Positions 59,647 to 64,000 of a DNA stretch of 64,000 bases are shown here, in pieces. The DNA lies in assembly GCA_029856145.1 (NCBI GenBank), contig JAHQWK010000028.1, positions 15,316 to 79,315 of the forward strand, written 5' to 3'. The position numbers were made by a program, and so were the translations under genes. A model generated the notes under the pieces. That model made no database searches. It saw nothing but the letters and a program-made list of their open reading frames with translations, and was not told where the DNA came from. Numbering within the stretch: the first letter of the stretch is position 1; each line of letters begins with the position of its first letter. This DNA comes from Promethearchaeia archaeon (GTDB lineage: Archaea > Asgardarchaeota > Lokiarchaeia > Sigyniarchaeales > SOKP01).

Positions 59647-60813
59647 TTATCTTTTCTTTAGAAAGTTTTTATAAATTACTATATAGTTTTTTACACTAAT
59701 AACCTTAGGATTTCTTTTGTAACTTAATGGAATAGGCGCATTGCATCGAGAGCAAAGACCAGAGGTTCTAAGCCAATCTCTAAACTCATCTGCATGGGCA
59801 GGATATCTACAATTTGGACACAATATTATTCCTCTACCATTGTCTTTAGGATATTCTGGTAATCTAAAACAAAAAATACATTTAAAATCCTCTATTGACA
59901 AATTTCCCGCTCTTGGTCTATATAATTTAAAATTTACTTGTTTTATTGTATTTTGACTCCTTCTAATTGGTTTTCCTGATGTACTTCTGCTTGTAGATCG
60001 AGTACTTGTTTTAACTCTAGAACTTCTAGATTGAGCGTGTCCGGTAGGTGTTCTTCTGGATGATTGAGAAACAGTTCTTGAAGTACGAGTCACAGTTCTA
60101 TTTGATGGTGTTGGAGAAGTTCTAGTTCGAGAAGTTTGACTCTGTGTTGCAGGAGATGAGCGTCTTGTTGGTGATGCTAATTGATTTAATCTTTTTGTAC
60201 GTTGCGTTATATAGTCTCTGGTTAATTGAGGTAATTGCACTCTAGTTCCAAAAAATCCGAGAACAATTAATATGAGAATTGTACTAATAAGGAATATTAA
60301 AAGATTAAGATCTATTAGAAAGTGGAGAGGTACTAATACAGATTCATAGAAATCAACAAATGAATAAAAACTAATCCAATAAATAATTATAAAAAGAACA
60401 ATTGAAATACTAAAAAAATAACCAAAAGTACGTGCTTTTACTGACTTCGTCCCAAAATAAATTACATTATATTTCTTAAAACAGCGATACAATGAAATTG
60501 AACCATATAATACGTAGGGAAATCCGAATAGAATACTCCACCAGCTTAAATATAAACTTGTTCCTTCTAGAAGATTTTCCCCTAATAAACCTGTAAAATT
60601 ACCCCAAATTGAATAAAATATCCCTATGAAAACAGGACCGATTGTGAAAAAAGCAGTATTATGAGGAGAATTAAATTCGCGATATTTTTTGATATTTTTT
60701 ATAACTTTAAAAGAATAAATTAACCAGATTCCGATTAATAACCAACTTACAAATACATTAAAGGAATTTAGAATAGCGCCATGTATAATACCGATTACCA
60801 AAAATATTACCAA
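59647..60813 (-). CDS. Multi-pass membrane protein with Ser/Arg/Thr-rich linker and C-terminal RING-like domain (putative E3 ligase)
   Basis: About 6 TM; CIFC-x16-CPNC-x4-H-x2-E-x3-W-x6-CSRC; last gene of the ubiquitin cluster; start may lie up to 36 nt upstream. Confidence 0.75.
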   Translation of the reverse strand: MVIFLVIGIIHGAILNSFNVFVSWLLIGIWLIYSFKVIKNIKKYREFNSPHNTAFFTIGPVFIGIFYSIWGNFTGLLGENLLEGTSLYLSWWSILFGFPYVLYGSISLYRCFKKYNVIYFGTKSVKARTFGYFFSISIVLFIIIYWISFYSFVDFYESVLVPLHFLIDLNLLIFLISTILILIVLGFFGTRVQLPQLTRDYITQRTKRLNQLASPTRRSSPATQSQTSRTRTSPTPSNRTVTRTSRTVSQSSRRTPTGHAQSRSSRVKTSTRSTSRSTSGKPIRRSQNTIKQVNFKLYRPRAGNLSIEDFKCIFCFRLPEYPKDNGRGIILCPNCRYPAHADEFRDWLRTSGLCSRCNAPIPLSYKRNPKVISVKNYIVIYKNFLKKR

Positions 60814-60871
60814 TGTAATTGCTATATATTTAATTTTAGTCTTCGTTATTAATCACCCTAGTTCTTATACT

Positions 60872-61684
60872 TCAATCTTCATCATATTCAAGGTATACCG
60901 CTTTCCCCTCAATTATAGGATTTATAAATTTTAAAATTTCTGGTAGCATTCGTACATCTAAGGATCCTTTAATTCCATATACCAATGGATACCATGTTTT
61001 AAATTTAAAATCTGCCTTATATATCTCAAATCCAGTAGATTTACCATCAATTTGATAAGGATCTATAACTAGCGCAACAGCTTTATCCCATAGTTTTTGA
61101 TATCTTGCTTGAGTTCCCATATCTTCATTAGACATGAAACAACCATATGATGGATGTGAATGATACCATCCACATATAAACAATTTCTGTCTCTTAATAT
61201 CTTTAAAAGCTCTCACATAATTTCTATAATCTTTAATCTCTGCATAAACTGCTGTACCGTGTCCCATTGGATAAGAATCTTCAATATGGATTATATTATT
61301 CCCATCTATTTTTCCTGCAAGAAGCCCAATAACCTCCACCCAACGTTCTCTTGGAATTTTAGAATTAGCATATTTGAGTGCATGACTCGCTATTTTAAGA
61401 ATTGCTTTTACTGAAATATAAATCTCCTTTTGTATTTCCTCTTTTTTTTGAGTTTTGACTTTTTTATTTTCTACAATATTAGCTGTAGGTATCTTTGTAA
61501 GTTTAATAATTGGTTTGGCAGAAGATTTTTGTATAAGCATTGAAGAAATTTCTTCAGTCAATTCATCTTCTTCTAACTGAAGTTCTTCACAAATTTCATC
61601 TATTAATTCTTGTTTTATTTTTTCTTTTATCTTCCTTTTAATTACATCCTTAATTGAATAATTCGCTAGGTCTTTATCTTCCAT
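60872..61684 (-). CDS. JAMM/MPN+ metallo-isopeptidase (Rpn11-like)
   Basis: EVIGLL, GWYHSHPSYGCFMSNED, ALVIDP. Confidence 0.92.
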   Translation of the reverse strand: MEDKDLANYSIKDVIKRKIKEKIKQELIDEICEELQLEEDELTEEISSMLIQKSSAKPIIKLTKIPTANIVENKKVKTQKKEEIQKEIYISVKAILKIASHALKYANSKIPRERWVEVIGLLAGKIDGNNIIHIEDSYPMGHGTAVYAEIKDYRNYVRAFKDIKRQKLFICGWYHSHPSYGCFMSNEDMGTQARYQKLWDKAVALVIDPYQIDGKSTGFEIYKADFKFKTWYPLVYGIKGSLDVRMLPEILKFINPIIEGKAVYLEYDED

Positions 61685-61690
61685 TAAAAA

Positions 61691-62218
61691 TCACCATTTT
61701 TTATTTGCGTACTTTTTAACAAGATTCTTTACTTTTTTCTCGAAAAATTTTTGATTTTTCATCATTTCTATTGCTGCTTTTTTATTAAAAACATCTGTTG
61801 GATTAACATATTTACCACGTGTGTTTAACATAGCAATTATCGCTTGAACAACGGTAACCGCAGTTTTTGAGGGGCTCCATCCACCTTTTTTCCCAACTAA
61901 AGAGGGATCTACTAAAGCTAGACAAATATTTCTTTGTCCTTTATATTCAGATGGTTTTGGCCAAAAATTTGGATGCCAAATTGGAGTATGCAATCTTACA
62001 AAAGGAGGTTGTTTAGGATATTGAGCAGGGAATTTCATTTCTAACCTAAAAAGACCACCTGCATAAACAGTACCCTTAGGTCCTTTAATGGAGATTGCTA
62101 AATGATCAATACTCTTCCTTTTAGGATTAAATGGTTTTAATTGAACAATACTACCTTCTTTAAGCATTTTTTTTAATCCCGCAAAATCTCGGGAAATACG
62201 ACTACTTCTTATACTCAT
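61691..62218 (-). CDS. Ubiquitin-conjugating enzyme E2
   Basis: IKGPKGTVYAGGLF, FPAQYPKQPP, IWHPNF...NICL, WSP. Confidence 0.94.
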   Translation of the reverse strand: MSIRSSRISRDFAGLKKMLKEGSIVQLKPFNPKRKSIDHLAISIKGPKGTVYAGGLFRLEMKFPAQYPKQPPFVRLHTPIWHPNFWPKPSEYKGQRNICLALVDPSLVGKKGGWSPSKTAVTVVQAIIAMLNTRGKYVNPTDVFNKKAAIEMMKNQKFFEKKVKNLVKKYANKKW

Positions 62219-62298
62219 TTTTTCAACCCTTTTTATTTTTTTTAATTTAATATTGAAATTATTTCTTTAAATATTTGTTTTTTTCTTATAATTTTAAT

Positions 62299-63558
62299 TT
62301 AAAACCTTTTTTGATTCGAAATTTGTTTTAATTTTAAGGTTACAAAAATTTCTTCACCTTTGAATCCTGCAGCTGTCATAAACTCGTAATTTCTTAATCT
62401 ATTTTCACTAGGATTCTTTTCTAAATCAACTATCGTAACATCATTGAAATCTAATAAGGTTAGAATTGGCTCAGACTCTGGATCCAATTTAAATCCATTT
62501 TTCTTTAATATTTTAATAATGTTTACACAAGGTGATTGGGTTCTCAATTTTATAGTTACTCGGCGAACTTTTTTACCACATTGAGAACATTCTGGGTTTC
62601 TTGTTTTTTCAATATGATAAAATTTCATTGTAATTGCATTAAAGATTACATATGTTCTAATAGGTTCGCCTAATCCCTTATGACCCTTATTTAAGTGAAG
62701 GATTTTTATTACCTCATGTGATTGTAAAGCAGAAATAACTGCATTTATAGTTATAATACCCGGATCGTGTCTATCGATGATTTTCACAATATCATCTTTT
62801 GTATATTCAGGTAAGAAATTGTGTTTGTTTACTAATTCATTTGCAACCTTTTGAATGAATTTAATATCATTTACATTTTTTGGATTCGGATCTCTATCAA
62901 ATTTTTCTTTAAATGCCATATCTCCTTTAAAAAGGCAATGAATCCTTTTTCGAGGGACGCCAACCACTGTACAAGCAGCCATCTCATCATTCTCTCCTAC
63001 AGGCAATGGATTACATTCATAACAAGCATTTTTATAAGGAAATATTGTGTATACATGACCATAATAACCAGATACTCCTCCATCTACTAATGGTTTTTTA
63101 AACCTTATACATTGTGCATTTAAATTTAGACGTGCATTCATCGAATCAAGACCTCCAACAATAACATCAGCAGCTAGATAAAGTGCTGGATTCAATCGTT
63201 CTAAAGAAGTATGATATCCGTTTACAATAATATTAGGATTAATTTCTTTTAGTTTCCTTGCTGCAACAACAGCCTTAGGCTCCCCTATCTTCGCTCCTGT
63301 AAAAAGAACTTGACGATTCAAATTTGAATGTTCAATGATATCTAAATCAATAAGATCTAATTGACCAACTCCAAGCATTGCTAAGTTTTTAGCTATTTCA
63401 CAACCTAAACCTCCAATACCAACTATTAGCACTCTTGAGTTCTTCACTAATTTCTGAGACCAACCTTCCAGACGAAACTGACGATCATACAGGTCTCTCT
63501 CCTCCGTTGATAATTCTTTTGCAAAAAAGTCTGAATCCTTATCCAATCTTATCACCAT
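62299..63558 (-). CDS. Ubiquitin-activating enzyme E1-like (ThiF domain plus catalytic Cys domain)
   Basis: YDRQ, VGIGGLGCE, SNLNRQ, ACYEC, AACTVVGVP (catalytic Cys), CSQC. Confidence 0.93.
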   Translation of the reverse strand: MVIRLDKDSDFFAKELSTEERDLYDRQFRLEGWSQKLVKNSRVLIVGIGGLGCEIAKNLAMLGVGQLDLIDLDIIEHSNLNRQVLFTGAKIGEPKAVVAARKLKEINPNIIVNGYHTSLERLNPALYLAADVIVGGLDSMNARLNLNAQCIRFKKPLVDGGVSGYYGHVYTIFPYKNACYECNPLPVGENDEMAACTVVGVPRKRIHCLFKGDMAFKEKFDRDPNPKNVNDIKFIQKVANELVNKHNFLPEYTKDDIVKIIDRHDPGIITINAVISALQSHEVIKILHLNKGHKGLGEPIRTYVIFNAITMKFYHIEKTRNPECSQCGKKVRRVTIKLRTQSPCVNIIKILKKNGFKLDPESEPILTLLDFNDVTIVDLEKNPSENRLRNYEFMTAAGFKGEEIFVTLKLKQISNQKRF

Positions 63559-63638
63559 TAATATTTACAAAAAATAATAAAAAAAATTGAAGGGCATAAC
63601 GCCCTTATATTATAAATTATGAAGAAAGTTTTATAAGT

Positions 63639-63971
63639 TTACCCCGCTGTACTCGCAGGGATTAATAGAATATCATCGCCATCGTTTACATCATAGTCTC
63701 TTAATGAGCTATTTTCATCCATTGTAACGCCGCCAGATGATAAATGAAAATCATTAGGATCAAGACCATATAAATTTCCTAATGTTTCCTTAATATCTCT
63801 TACGCGATTACTGTCGTTCACAGTTAATTTTTCTTTCTTTTCACCAGGACCAATTGTTGACATGAAGTATAATGTTAATTTCTTTCCTGCTGAAGGGGTT
63901 TTAGACGCGGGAGTTTTAGATTTTACTGGTTCTTCTCCACCCAAATTTTCATCAAATTCATCAAAACTCAT
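63639..63971 (-). CDS. Ubiquitin-like modifier (beta-grasp) with disordered N-tail and C-terminal AG
   Basis: LTVNDSNRVRDIKE...LSSGGVTMDENSSLRDYDVNDGDDILLIPASTAG; first gene of the E1-E2-JAMM-RING cluster. Confidence 0.88.
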   Translation of the reverse strand: MSFDEFDENLGGEEPVKSKTPASKTPSAGKKLTLYFMSTIGPGEKKEKLTVNDSNRVRDIKETLGNLYGLDPNDFHLSSGGVTMDENSSLRDYDVNDGDDILLIPASTAG

Positions 63972-64000
63972 TCATATCACTTCCAAATTTTTTATTAATT

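Noticed and set aside
7-63090. Numerous 60-120 aa ORFs antisense to or nested in long genes (e.g. 7..222, 1177..1359, 29872..30240, 33638..33973, 38390..38719, 46954..47253)
   Set aside because: Shadow ORFs of well-supported genes, with no motifs.
1-64000. tRNA/rRNA genes, CRISPR arrays, transposases, integrases
   Set aside because: No GC-rich structural RNA islands, regularly spaced repeats or recombinase motifs seen by eye; a covariance-model scan would be needed to exclude small RNAs.

Overview
AT-rich archaeal chromosome segment, most consistent with an Asgard archaeon (Lokiarchaeia-like; inference from gene content). Evidence: archaeal uS2, an ether-lipid operon (isoprenoid-alcohol kinase, GGR, GGGPS, DGGGPS), a methanopterin/F420/flavin cofactor cluster (MptA, RFAP synthase, MptD, DHPS-like, CofG/CofH, RibD-type reductase), and a eukaryote-like ubiquitin operon (Ubl, E1, E2, JAMM, multi-TM RING) at the right end. 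I saw no rRNA, tRNA, CRISPR array or transposase. The most striking unannotated signal is a small zinc-ribbon gene (6777..6976, minus) missed by the ORF track. It is interrupted by a 29-nt insert that folds into a bulge-helix-bulge/loop motif, and the canonical endonuclease cut sites exactly restore the reading frame, making it a candidate BHB intron in an mRNA; a competing two-hairpin fold is also possible. Other highlights: repeated non-AUG (ATT/ATC) starts, an unassigned glycyl-radical enzyme locus, three LITAF-like zinc membrane proteins, a stop codon splitting off a SEC-C domain, and two gene relics.
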